NCBI GenBank assembly: GCA_046757525.1 | Contig: JBHHYI010000060.1 | Location: 1 to 22,837 of the forward strand | Origin: a bacterium | GTDB lineage: Bacteria > Zhuqueibacterota > Zhuqueibacteria > Oceanimicrobiales > Oceanimicrobiaceae | Length of the DNA: 22,837 nt | Direction: 5' to 3' | Shown: in pieces, positions 9,381 through 17,697 of the stretch | How positions within the stretch are numbered: position 1 is the first letter of the stretch | Layout of the letters: every line of letters starts with the position of its first letter | The notes under the pieces: generated by a model | Database searches by the model: none | The model's input: the letters and a program-made list of their open reading frames with translations, nothing else | What the model was told of the DNA's origin: nothing | Program-made: the position numbers and the translations under genes

Positions 9381-9926
9381 TTGGTTGGCATTGAAATAGA
9401 AGAATTTGATGATGAGTTTCAGACTATGCAGGAACTCATGCAAGAGAAAGAGATTTCTCTAAACGATGAAAGCTTTAACGCCTCACTCAGCGCGTTACCC
9501 CTGAAAAAACCCATCGTTGTGAAATCCGGGACCTCAATTCAAGAATGCACGCAAATAATGATCAAAGGCGGAATCGGCTGCCTTTTGATTGTGGATGGGG
9601 ATGAGATCAAAGGGATTTTTACCGAACGCGACGTGCTGATGAAAATTGCAGGTCTCAAGCGGGATTACAAGTCTATGGTAGTTGACGACTTTATGACCCC
9701 TAATCCTGTCACGCTGAAGATCGATGAACCGCTGATTGCGGCTTTGACCTTGATGGACCAGGGTGGCTATCGGCATGTCTGCATTGTGGACGACAAAAAT
9801 CGGCCAATCGCTGTGGTTTCTATCAAAGATATCGTCAGCTATATCGTCGACTTTTTCCCACAGGACGTGCTCAACTTGCCCCCGCATCCAATTCGAACAG
9901 GCACAAAACATCGGGAGGGAGGTTAG
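9381..9926 (+). CDS. CBS-domain protein with acidic N-terminal extension
   Basis: TTG start with AGGAGG upstream. GIFTERDVL, FMTPNP, GGYRHV and VSIKDI motifs; paralog of the upstream gene. Confidence 0.9.
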   Translation: MVGIEIEEFDDEFQTMQELMQEKEISLNDESFNASLSALPLKKPIVVKSGTSIQECTQIMIKGGIGCLLIVDGDEIKGIFTERDVLMKIAGLKRDYKSMVVDDFMTPNPVTLKIDEPLIAALTLMDQGGYRHVCIVDDKNRPIAVVSIKDIVSYIVDFFPQDVLNLPPHPIRTGTKHREGG

Positions 9927-10046
9927 ATATTCTATATGTTCGAAACCTTTTGAGACAAGATGGCATTAGTGCATTGGTTCTAAACTGGACTTGCGTTTAA
10001 GTCAAAAATGTAATCAAATTTTAATCACAAGGGAGTAAATTAGAGA

Positions 10047-11879
10047 ATGGAAAAATCAGTTGAATCGGTCAAAGAAATTACCATACGATTAGCAGGCGAT
10101 TCAGGTGATGGCATGCAACTGGTTGGCAACGAATTGGCAAGCACCTCTGCGCTGTTGGGCAATGACATTGGCATCTTGCCTGACTTTCCTGCGGAAATAC
10201 GAGCACCGGCCGGTACCCTGCCAGGCGTCAGCGGCTATCAGCTACACTTTAGCAGCTACGACATTCATACGCCTGGTGAAAAATACGATGCGTTGATTGC
10301 CATGAACCCTGCGGCCCTCAAGATGAACATCGACAATCTGAAGCCCAACGGGGTCCTGATTGTAAACACAGACACCTTCAAGGAACGGAATCTTCATTTA
10401 GCCCATTATGATTCCAATCCGTTGGAAAATGGTTCCTTGGACAAGTATCAACTGTTCACCGTAGACATCACCGGTCTGACCAGAAAAGCATTGAGGGAGT
10501 TGCAACTTTCCAACAAGATCGTTGATCGGACCAAAAACTTTTTTGCCCTGGGTATGGTATTTTGGCTCTACAACAGGCCCATGGATCATGCCTTAAATCT
10601 CATCAAGACGAAGTTTGCAAAAAAACCGGAGCTCATAGAAGCCAACCATCTGGCACTCAAAGCCGGGTATGCCTATTGCGCTGCCACGGAACAGTTTGCA
10701 ACCACCTATGAGGTCAAGCCAGCCAAGTTGCCGCCTGGAAAATACCGCAACATCAGCGGCAACGGAGCGGTTGCGCTGGGGTTGGTAGCAGCGGCCAAGA
10801 AATCTGGCTTGCCCCTGTTTTATGGCAGCTACCCCATAACGCCGGCCAGCGATATTTTGCATGAATTGGCTAAGTACAAAAACTATGACGTGCGTACGTT
10901 TCAGGCAGAGGATGAAATTGCTGCCATTTGCTCTGTTATCGGGGCTGCCTACGCAGGCGCTTTGGCCGTTACCGGCACCAGCGGACCAGGTCTGGCGCTA
11001 AAAACCGAGGCTCTGGGTTTGGCTGTGAGCGTGGAGTTGCCCATGGTGATTTGCGACATCCAGCGTGGAGGTCCCAGCACCGGCATGCCGACCAAAACCG
11101 AACAGGCCGATCTGTTCCAGACCGTGTTCGGCAGAAACGGCGAGGCACCTATCCCGGTCATCGCTGCTACCCAGCCTTCTGATTGCTTCGAAACTGTCTA
11201 CCTGGCCTGTCGCATAGCTCTCAAACACATGATTCCGGTCATATTTCTTTCCGACAACTACCTTGCCAATGGGGCAGAACCGTGGCCTATTCCCAAAGTC
11301 GAAGACCTACCCGAGATTCAAGTCGAATTCGCCCGCGACCCCGAGAGTTTTGCCCCGTTTTTGCGCGACGAAAAGACCCTTGCCCGGCCCTGGGCACTGC
11401 CCGGCACGCCTGGTTTGGAGCACAGAATCGGCGGCTTAGAAAAAGAAGCTATCACGGGCAACGTCAGCTATGATCCGAGAAATCACGAATACATGACCAC
11501 CATGCGGGCTAAAAGAGTTGAGAAAATCGCCGAGGATTATCCCCCGACTGTAATCGAAGGCAAAAACTCGGGCGAGTTGCTGGTGGTAGGTTGGGGCAGC
11601 ACCAACGGGGCTATTCAAACCGCGGTCGAAAACAAGCAAAAGGAAGGCAAATCGGTTTCCAGAGTGCATTTGCGCTACTTGAATCCATTGCCAAACGACC
11701 TGGGCGACATTTTAGCTAATTTCAAACAAGTTTTGGTGCCAGAGTTGAACATGGGTCAACTGTTACATATCTTGCGCGCAAAATATTTGCTCCCTGCGGT
11801 TGGGTTCAACAAAGTTCAGGGAAGGCCATTTTTTGCCTCAGAAATCGAAAACAAAATTGACGAAATGCTTGGAGAATAG
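10047..11879 (+). CDS. korA: 2-oxoacid:ferredoxin oxidoreductase alpha subunit (gamma-alpha fusion)
   Basis: 610 aa. AGDSGDGMQL, YPITPASD, QAEDEIAA and QRGGPSTGMPTKTEQAD motifs. Confidence 0.93.
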   Translation: MEKSVESVKEITIRLAGDSGDGMQLVGNELASTSALLGNDIGILPDFPAEIRAPAGTLPGVSGYQLHFSSYDIHTPGEKYDALIAMNPAALKMNIDNLKPNGVLIVNTDTFKERNLHLAHYDSNPLENGSLDKYQLFTVDITGLTRKALRELQLSNKIVDRTKNFFALGMVFWLYNRPMDHALNLIKTKFAKKPELIEANHLALKAGYAYCAATEQFATTYEVKPAKLPPGKYRNISGNGAVALGLVAAAKKSGLPLFYGSYPITPASDILHELAKYKNYDVRTFQAEDEIAAICSVIGAAYAGALAVTGTSGPGLALKTEALGLAVSVELPMVICDIQRGGPSTGMPTKTEQADLFQTVFGRNGEAPIPVIAATQPSDCFETVYLACRIALKHMIPVIFLSDNYLANGAEPWPIPKVEDLPEIQVEFARDPESFAPFLRDEKTLARPWALPGTPGLEHRIGGLEKEAITGNVSYDPRNHEYMTTMRAKRVEKIAEDYPPTVIEGKNSGELLVVGWGSTNGAIQTAVENKQKEGKSVSRVHLRYLNPLPNDLGDILANFKQVLVPELNMGQLLHILRAKYLLPAVGFNKVQGRPFFASEIENKIDEMLGE

Positions 11880-11881
11880 CG

Positions 11882-12931
11882 ATGAGTACAAATGAAAACC
11901 CACAGGTCTCGGATGGCACGACCTCTTTGACACTCACAAAGAAAGATTTTGAATCCGATCAGGAGGTTCGATGGTGCCCTGGTTGTGGCGATTATTCCAT
12001 CCTGGCTCAAATTCAAAGAACCTTGCCCGATTTAGACATCCCAAAAGAAAAATATGTGTTTGTGTCGGGAATCGGATGTTCCAGCAGATTTCCCTACTAC
12101 ATGAACACCTACGGCTTTCACAGCATCCACGGACGGGCAACCGCCATTGCCTCCGGAATCAAGTGCATTAATCCGGAGTTGTCTGTTTGGGTGATAACCG
12201 GGGATGGCGATGGATTGAGCATCGGCGGCAATCATTTAATCCATTTGCTGCGCAGAAACATCGATCTCAATGTGATCTTGTTTAACAATCGAATTTACGG
12301 ATTGACCAAGGGCCAATATTCCCCGACCTCTGAATTTGGGAAAGTCACTAAATCCTCACCCATGGGTTCCATAGATCATCCGTTCAATCCGGTGAGCGTG
12401 GCGATAGGTTCCGGCGCCACCTTTGTGGCCCGAACCATGGATCGGGATCCCTCACACATGCAAATGATCATGAAGCGGGCCTCCGAACACAAAGGGACTT
12501 CTTTTGTGGAGGTATTCCAGAATTGTAATATTTTTAACGACGGGGCCTGGTCGAAATACACAGAAAAGGCAACCAGAGCGGACAATGTCGTTTACCTGGA
12601 GCATGGTAAGCCGCTGATTTTTGGTTCCCAAAGAGAAAAGGGCGTACGCCTGAACGGTTTTAAGCCGGAAGTCGTGCCGCTAACTAACGGAAATTACAGC
12701 GAAAAAGACCTTCTCGTTCACGATGAGAAATCGGATCCCACTCTGGCCTTCATATTGAGCCACATGATCGAGAATCCCGATTTGCCCGTTCCGGTAGGAG
12801 TCTTTCGTTCGGTTGAAGATATGTGTTATGAAAATGCCCTTAACCAGCAGATCGAAACCGCCAAAAGAGAATTTGGCACGCCAGATCTGCAGGCGCTTTT
12901 GGAATCCGGAGATAGCTGGGAAGTCAAGTAA
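11882..12931 (+). CDS. korB: 2-oxoacid:ferredoxin oxidoreductase beta subunit
   Basis: WCPGCGD, SGIGCSSR, TPP-binding GDGD...NN and YGLTKGQYSPT motifs. Confidence 0.93.
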   Translation: MSTNENPQVSDGTTSLTLTKKDFESDQEVRWCPGCGDYSILAQIQRTLPDLDIPKEKYVFVSGIGCSSRFPYYMNTYGFHSIHGRATAIASGIKCINPELSVWVITGDGDGLSIGGNHLIHLLRRNIDLNVILFNNRIYGLTKGQYSPTSEFGKVTKSSPMGSIDHPFNPVSVAIGSGATFVARTMDRDPSHMQMIMKRASEHKGTSFVEVFQNCNIFNDGAWSKYTEKATRADNVVYLEHGKPLIFGSQREKGVRLNGFKPEVVPLTNGNYSEKDLLVHDEKSDPTLAFILSHMIENPDLPVPVGVFRSVEDMCYENALNQQIETAKREFGTPDLQALLESGDSWEVK

Positions 12932-12959
12932 CTCACAGCTTGAGCCAAGGCAGTCATCA

Positions 12960-12994
12960 GGCCCGGTGCGCGTTTCGCCGGGCTTCTTTTTTTT
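12960..12994 (+). terminator. Rho-independent terminator of korAB
   Basis: Stem GCCCGGTG/CGCCGGGC followed by TTCTTTTTTTT. Confidence 0.85.
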
Positions 12995-13059
12995 CGGAAG
13001 GGTTTTGACAGGACCGATAACTCGTTTGCATTTGCTGTAAATATTTCTTATTTTTAATT

Positions 13060-13425
13060 ATGATTGAGCTGCAAAGGGCGAGAAAAAGAATTGCCAAAAA
13101 GTACGAAGAGCGCCGAAGGCGATTGGAAGCACGACGGACGGAGTTGTTGCAAAAGATCGAATTGGCCGCAGCCGAATTTGCTACTGAATTCTCTGCGGTG
13201 ACTGAGATTATCGTCTTCGGCTCATTGGTCAGGCCGGGGTACTTTACGGAGCTTTCCGATGTGGATATCGCCGTGCGCGATTTGCCAAATGCCCAGTATT
13301 GGAAAGCCATTTTGTGGTGGGAGAAGCATCTTGAATTTGAAGACATCGATTTGGTTAGAATTGAAGATGCTTCTGCAAGAATCAGGAAGTACATTACTAA
13401 AGGCAAAACGGTTCATGAAGAATAG
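13060..13425 (+). CDS. Minimal nucleotidyltransferase (MNT/MntA-like antitoxin)
   Basis: 121 aa. FGS-x11-DVD followed by IDLV; overlaps the downstream HEPN gene. Confidence 0.85.
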   Translation: MIELQRARKRIAKKYEERRRRLEARRTELLQKIELAAAEFATEFSAVTEIIVFGSLVRPGYFTELSDVDIAVRDLPNAQYWKAILWWEKHLEFEDIDLVRIEDASARIRKYITKGKTVHEE

Positions 13426-13906
13426 ATTCGAGAGCCTGAAAACCTTGAAGTCTGAAATCCTGGACGCATTGGGCAAGTCTCACGAAATGCGCAACAAACT
13501 TGCCCAGCTCGAACCGGCAAAAATAGATGAGAACACCTCTGAGAAAGACTTAATTGCTATTGCGTACTATTTGTCGGGCCTCTATTCAAATTTTGAAGAT
13601 ATTTTTCTTAAAGTAGCTAAAGAATTCGAAAACAAGGTGGAAGAACCTGCCAAGTGGCATGCCCAACTGTTGAATAGAATGTCTCTCGACATAGAGGATA
13701 TAAGACTCGCAGTGATCTCGCAAGAATCAAGAACCTGTCTGGATGAATTGCGCAAGTTCTGTCACACCTTTCGCTTCTCTTACGCTTTCGAGTTGAATTG
13801 GGAGAAAATGCTCCTGGCTGTAAAACAATGGCATCGTGACAGTCAGATCGTTTATCAGGACATACAAAAGTTTTTGGATTTTCTCGATAAATTGGCTGCT
13901 GAGTGA
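13415..13906 (+). CDS. HEPN-domain (HepT-like) protein with a degenerate catalytic motif
   Basis: ATG at 13415 inside the longer ORF. LYSNFEDIF...WHAQLL..M...IR..VIS...LDELRKFCHTFRFSY pattern of HepT-like proteins; paired with MNT. Confidence 0.8.
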   Translation: MKNRFESLKTLKSEILDALGKSHEMRNKLAQLEPAKIDENTSEKDLIAIAYYLSGLYSNFEDIFLKVAKEFENKVEEPAKWHAQLLNRMSLDIEDIRLAVISQESRTCLDELRKFCHTFRFSYAFELNWEKMLLAVKQWHRDSQIVYQDIQKFLDFLDKLAAE

Positions 13907-14200
13907 TGAAACAAAAGTCAGCAAAGAAGAAAAGTTTTCTTCTAATTGCCGCTTCCTGGTTGCTGGCCCGCCTGTGGTGGGGTCTTGAAATATCGGGGCT
14001 CACTATTATACGCGTTAAACCTCGAGCTGTTGTAAATCGCATGACGCGAGACCACCGCAACCTGCCCGCTTGTAAGTGGATTTTAGAAAGAAACCACCTC
14101 TATTGTTTGGGCGTAGATGAGTCTGAACATGAGATCTTTGTGCTAAAGACGCCGTCCATCGATTCGAATTGACCGTGTTATCCTATTTGAGTCCAGCTTA

Positions 14201-15022
14201 ATGCGTGAAAATAATCAAATCGGCTCCATCCTCTGTCCCAATTGTGGCAAGCTCATTAGCGCCAATGCCTCGGAATGCGTTCATTGTGGCATGAAGAATC
14301 CCAATCTCTGGGGCATGAGCGGCTATCTCAGGAAAATACTGGGAGGCCAAATGAGCTTCATCCCGGTCATATCGGCTGTGTGCGTCGTGCTGTACGTCAT
14401 CAGCTTGCTACTGGATCCATCGGCCCTGTTGCAAACGCACGGCTTTTTGAGCTTTCTTTCGCCTTCAGGCAGAAGCCTCGATCGATTAGGCATGACCGGT
14501 TACGTGGCCATGTACCGAGGCCATTGGTGGACTTTGATTACGGCCATTTACCTGCACGGTGGCTTGTTGCACATTCTGTTCAATGTGCTCTGGATTCGCC
14601 AGCTCGGTCCGGCGGTTGAGGAGTTTTTTGGAGTTTCGCGCAGTTTCATCATTTTCACAGTTGCGGGCATCCTCGGATTTGTCGTTTCGAATTTTTGGCG
14701 CATTCCGTTTACCATCGGGGCCTCCGGCTCTATTTTCGGCCTGTTGGGTGCGCTGGTCTATTACGGCAGAAAGCGCGGGGGCACGTTTGGCTCAGCTATT
14801 TATCGCCAAACCGGTCAATGGGCCATCGTCCTATTTGTTTTCGGGTTTCTGTTTCCAGGGATCAACAACTTCGCCCATGCGGGTGGCTTCATCGGAGGGT
14901 ATCTCTCGGCCGCCCTCCTCGGTTTCACAGAGTCGAAAAAGGAGACGTTCACCCACCAAATTCTGGCGTTAGGAACCATGGGCTTAACCCTTTTTGCCTT
15001 CTTGCTGGCCGTTCTGAATTAG
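14201..15022 (+). CDS. Rhomboid-family intramembrane serine protease with N-terminal zinc ribbon
   Basis: CPNC...CVHC; HGGLLHILFN; catalytic GASG and HAGG; multiple hydrophobic segments. Confidence 0.92.
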   Translation: MRENNQIGSILCPNCGKLISANASECVHCGMKNPNLWGMSGYLRKILGGQMSFIPVISAVCVVLYVISLLLDPSALLQTHGFLSFLSPSGRSLDRLGMTGYVAMYRGHWWTLITAIYLHGGLLHILFNVLWIRQLGPAVEEFFGVSRSFIIFTVAGILGFVVSNFWRIPFTIGASGSIFGLLGALVYYGRKRGGTFGSAIYRQTGQWAIVLFVFGFLFPGINNFAHAGGFIGGYLSAALLGFTESKKETFTHQILALGTMGLTLFAFLLAVLN

Positions 15023-15103
15023 AAGCGACACGACCACCTTTTAATCAATTAGCCTGAATTATTCCTGACGCGGCGAAGACGCAAATGAATGGGACACAGA
15101 TTC

Positions 15104-15366
15104 TTAGGAATTATTCAAAAAACAAAACTGAACTTTGCTATAAGAACACAATGTAGTACGGATGTGTTTCTTGTGAAGGTCAAACAGATTCAGTTGGGCT
15201 AATCCGTTCGGATCCGTTAAATCCGTGCCATCCGCGTTCCAGTTCTTGTTTCACTTTTGTCAGTCGGGCGTCCGTCAAGGGCCGGACCTCAAACTGGCCC
15301 GTCAAGGGCCGTCCGGCAGCCGCCGGATGACTGGCCTGACCGATGCAAGAAATGAGCCTATCCTAA
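15104..15366. mobile_element. Putative nested non-autonomous element (inner)
   Basis: Ends TTAGGA...TCCTAA flanked by GATTC on both sides (15099-15103 and 15367-15371). The left end recurs inverted at 22668-22721. Confidence 0.5.
15258..15350 (+). repeat. 93-bp GC-rich multi-hairpin dispersed repeat, copy 1
   Basis: 89/93 identical to 19256-19348. Confidence 0.95.
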
Positions 15367-15495
15367 GATTCCAGCAAATTCGTCGTGTTTCAGTGGTCAA
15401 TTCTCAAATGCAGTTTCAACGCTTTGCGCCGTTGCGATCTATGAACTATTCGGGTTAGATCAAATCACTCTCTTAAGTTAACGAAAGGGAGGTCA

Positions 15496-16182
15496 TTGGA
15501 ACAGGACATCGTCAAACGTTTTTTTACCGGCACGGGCGCCAGCTACGACTTCGTCGTCAATCTCTTTACCTACGGGGCCGACCGCTATTGGAAAAAGAAA
15601 ATGCTGGCCACGGTGCCGACTGCTAAAACCATCCTCGATCTCGCTTGCGGCACGGGCATTTTGACGTTTAAGTTGTTGGAAAAATTTCCAGAGTGCGAGG
15701 TTGTCGGTGTTGACCGGATGCCGGAATACTTAGCCGTGGCCAGGCAAAAACTACGGAGGCGCAAGTTGAAAAAGGTTCACTTCATTTGTGCCCGGGCCGA
15801 ACAAATCCAATTCAAGACCCTGTTTGATTGCATAACCTCATCCTACATCCCCAAGTATGTTCCAGCCGAGAAGCTGGTCGGCAATATCTCAGCTAATTTA
15901 CAGCAGGGAGGGTCTCTGGTTCTGCACGATTTTGCCTTGCCAGAAAAATTCGTATTCCAAAGACTTTGGGCCGTGCACATGAAATTGATGAAGTATCTCG
16001 GAACGCCCCTGCTCCCAAAGTGGCGGGTCATATTTTGCGAGTTGGAAGGATTAGTCCGATCCACACAGTGGATTACCGAGTACCAGGCGGCGTTGCGCGG
16101 GCGTGGCTTTCAAGATATTCAGGTCAAAAGGCTTACGGCGGGTTCAGCAGCCATTCTGACGGCGATCAAGGGGTGGCATTAG
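15496..16182 (+). CDS. Class I SAM-dependent methyltransferase (UbiE/MenG-like)
   Basis: TTG start with GGGAGG upstream. YDFVVNLFTYGADRYW and motif I ILDLACGTG. Confidence 0.8.
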   Translation: MEQDIVKRFFTGTGASYDFVVNLFTYGADRYWKKKMLATVPTAKTILDLACGTGILTFKLLEKFPECEVVGVDRMPEYLAVARQKLRRRKLKKVHFICARAEQIQFKTLFDCITSSYIPKYVPAEKLVGNISANLQQGGSLVLHDFALPEKFVFQRLWAVHMKLMKYLGTPLLPKWRVIFCELEGLVRSTQWITEYQAALRGRGFQDIQVKRLTAGSAAILTAIKGWH

Positions 16183-16212
16183 ACTATTAGTGAATTCCTG
16201 ATTGTCGTTGCG

Positions 16213-16277
16213 AACCCTGACAGGGTTTCGTTGACGATTACAGCTATCGTTTCGCCGTTAAAAACCCTGTCAGGGTT
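16213..16277. repeat. Inverted palindrome pair (REP/REPIN-like), probable bidirectional terminator
   Basis: AACCCTGACAGGGTT (16213-16227) and its reverse complement AACCCTGTCAGGGTT (16263-16277), between convergent genes. Confidence 0.8.
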
Positions 16278-16313
16278 GTAAAAATCGATGGTCTAATTCT
16301 GTTGGCGGAGATT

Positions 16314-17672
16314 TTAAATCAGGTTTTCCTTTTTTAACCATTTCTCAGCTTTTTGCCAATCCACTTCCTCAAGAGTCTCGACATTCTTGCACAGTTCGTC
16401 CAAAATTCGTTCGTGAATCCGGCCTTTCGACTGCGCTTCTGAATAGGGCATGCGATGAAAGGTGACCATGGAATACTGGGGCACGAAGCGATTGGGGTAT
16501 TTGCGTTCCAGCGCCAGGCCTACTTGTTTCTGGAGAAGAAAGTCGGGGTGCGCGACGCGATCGCGCATTTCGATGTAATTCTGCAAAGCTAACTCTGCAA
16601 TGGCGTCGGCATTGGCTTTTCTCAGCCTTTCAAATTCCTCAAAGGTTTTCTGCCAGTCTCCAGCATGCTTGTCAATGCATTCGTCGAGATAGGTGCAGTC
16701 CTCGAAAGCACAATTCATGCCCTGTCCGTAAAACGGTACGATGGCATGGGCGGCGTCTCCCACAAGCAAGGCACTGTCCTCGAAGTGCCAGGGCTGGCAT
16801 TTGATGGTGACCAACGCACCGGTGGGATTGCTGAAAAAATCTTGCAGCAATGTGGGCATCAGGGCTACCGCGTCCGGAAATTGCTCTTCAAAAAAGTGCA
16901 GAACTTTACTCTTATCGTTGAGAGTGGCAAAACTGTGCTCCCCTTCGAATGGATAAAACAGCGTGCAAGTAAAGCTGCCGTCCATGTTGGGCAAAGCGAT
17001 GAGCATATAGGTGCCGCGTGGCCAGATGTGCAAGGCGTTCTTTTCCAAAAGGAACCGGCCGTCAGCATCGGGTGGAATGGTCAGTTCTTTGTACCCGTGT
17101 TCCAAATATTGCTGAGAGAAATTGAATCTGCGCGTTTTCAGCATGTCCATTCGAACGGCCGATGCAGAGCCGTCGGTGCCGAGGACTCTCTGCGCTGAAA
17201 GGGTAGAGGTCTGACCGCTGATTTCGTCGACAATCTGCAATTCTCTGCTTTGAAAATCCATGCCGGTGCATTTGTGACTAAAGTGCAGAGTAACCTCGTC
17301 GAACTTTTCAGCTTCGTCCATGAGAATCATATTCAGCCGCGCTCTCGAGATGGAGTAGATGACTTCACGGTCATCCTGGCCATAGGGGACAAAGGTGAGG
17401 GTGCCGTCAAGGGCGTGCACCATGCGACCTTTCATCGGGATCGCCTGTTGCAGGATTGGCTCTTCCAGACCTACCTGGCGCAGGGCGTAAAGGCCGCGGG
17501 TCGACACCGCCATGTTGATGGAGCGGCCGGCACCGATTTTTTCCTTGCGCATGTCCGGACGCCGTTCGTAGACTTCAACCGCGAAGCCGCGTTTCGCCAG
17601 AAAGACTGCCAGCAGCGAGCCGGCCAAACCTGCGCCTACCAGAGTTATTTTTTCATGGTTCAATTTGGGCAT
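16314..17672 (-). CDS. kmo: Kynurenine 3-monooxygenase
   Basis: GAGLAG, GRSINMAVSTRG, ALHIWPR and GDAAHAIVPFYGQGMNCAFED motifs; adjacent to kynU. Confidence 0.93.
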   Translation of the reverse strand: MPKLNHEKITLVGAGLAGSLLAVFLAKRGFAVEVYERRPDMRKEKIGAGRSINMAVSTRGLYALRQVGLEEPILQQAIPMKGRMVHALDGTLTFVPYGQDDREVIYSISRARLNMILMDEAEKFDEVTLHFSHKCTGMDFQSRELQIVDEISGQTSTLSAQRVLGTDGSASAVRMDMLKTRRFNFSQQYLEHGYKELTIPPDADGRFLLEKNALHIWPRGTYMLIALPNMDGSFTCTLFYPFEGEHSFATLNDKSKVLHFFEEQFPDAVALMPTLLQDFFSNPTGALVTIKCQPWHFEDSALLVGDAAHAIVPFYGQGMNCAFEDCTYLDECIDKHAGDWQKTFEEFERLRKANADAIAELALQNYIEMRDRVAHPDFLLQKQVGLALERKYPNRFVPQYSMVTFHRMPYSEAQSKGRIHERILDELCKNVETLEEVDWQKAEKWLKKENLI

Positions 17673-17697
17673 CCTTTAACATCACATCATAAAAGAA

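Larger units (their letters stand above)
15049..15458. mobile_element. Putative non-autonomous element (outer) with imperfect terminal inverted repeats and 5-bp flanking direct repeats
   Basis: Left end TTAGCCTGAATTATTC versus the right-end reverse complement CTAACCCGAATAGTTC (11/16). ATCAA lies immediately outside both ends (15044-15048 and 15459-15463). Confidence 0.45.

Noticed and set aside
13259..13414. N-terminal extension of the HEPN ORF (215 aa)
   Set aside because: It overlaps the MNT gene extensively. ATG 13415 gives a typical size and a short coupling overlap.
13903..14172. 89-aa ORF after the HEPN gene
   Set aside because: No recognisable motif. The start overlap with the HEPN stop is suggestive but not enough to call a gene.
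15158..15202. Second GxxExxY remnant inside the inner element
   Set aside because: The short frame VFLVKVKQIQLG-stop precedes the ATCCGT array but has no convincing similarity to the family.
15225..15458. Short ORFs across the repeat regions (also 19161-19361, 19196-19495 and 22463-22687)
   Set aside because: They are translations of non-coding repeats with no ribosome-binding site or protein motif.
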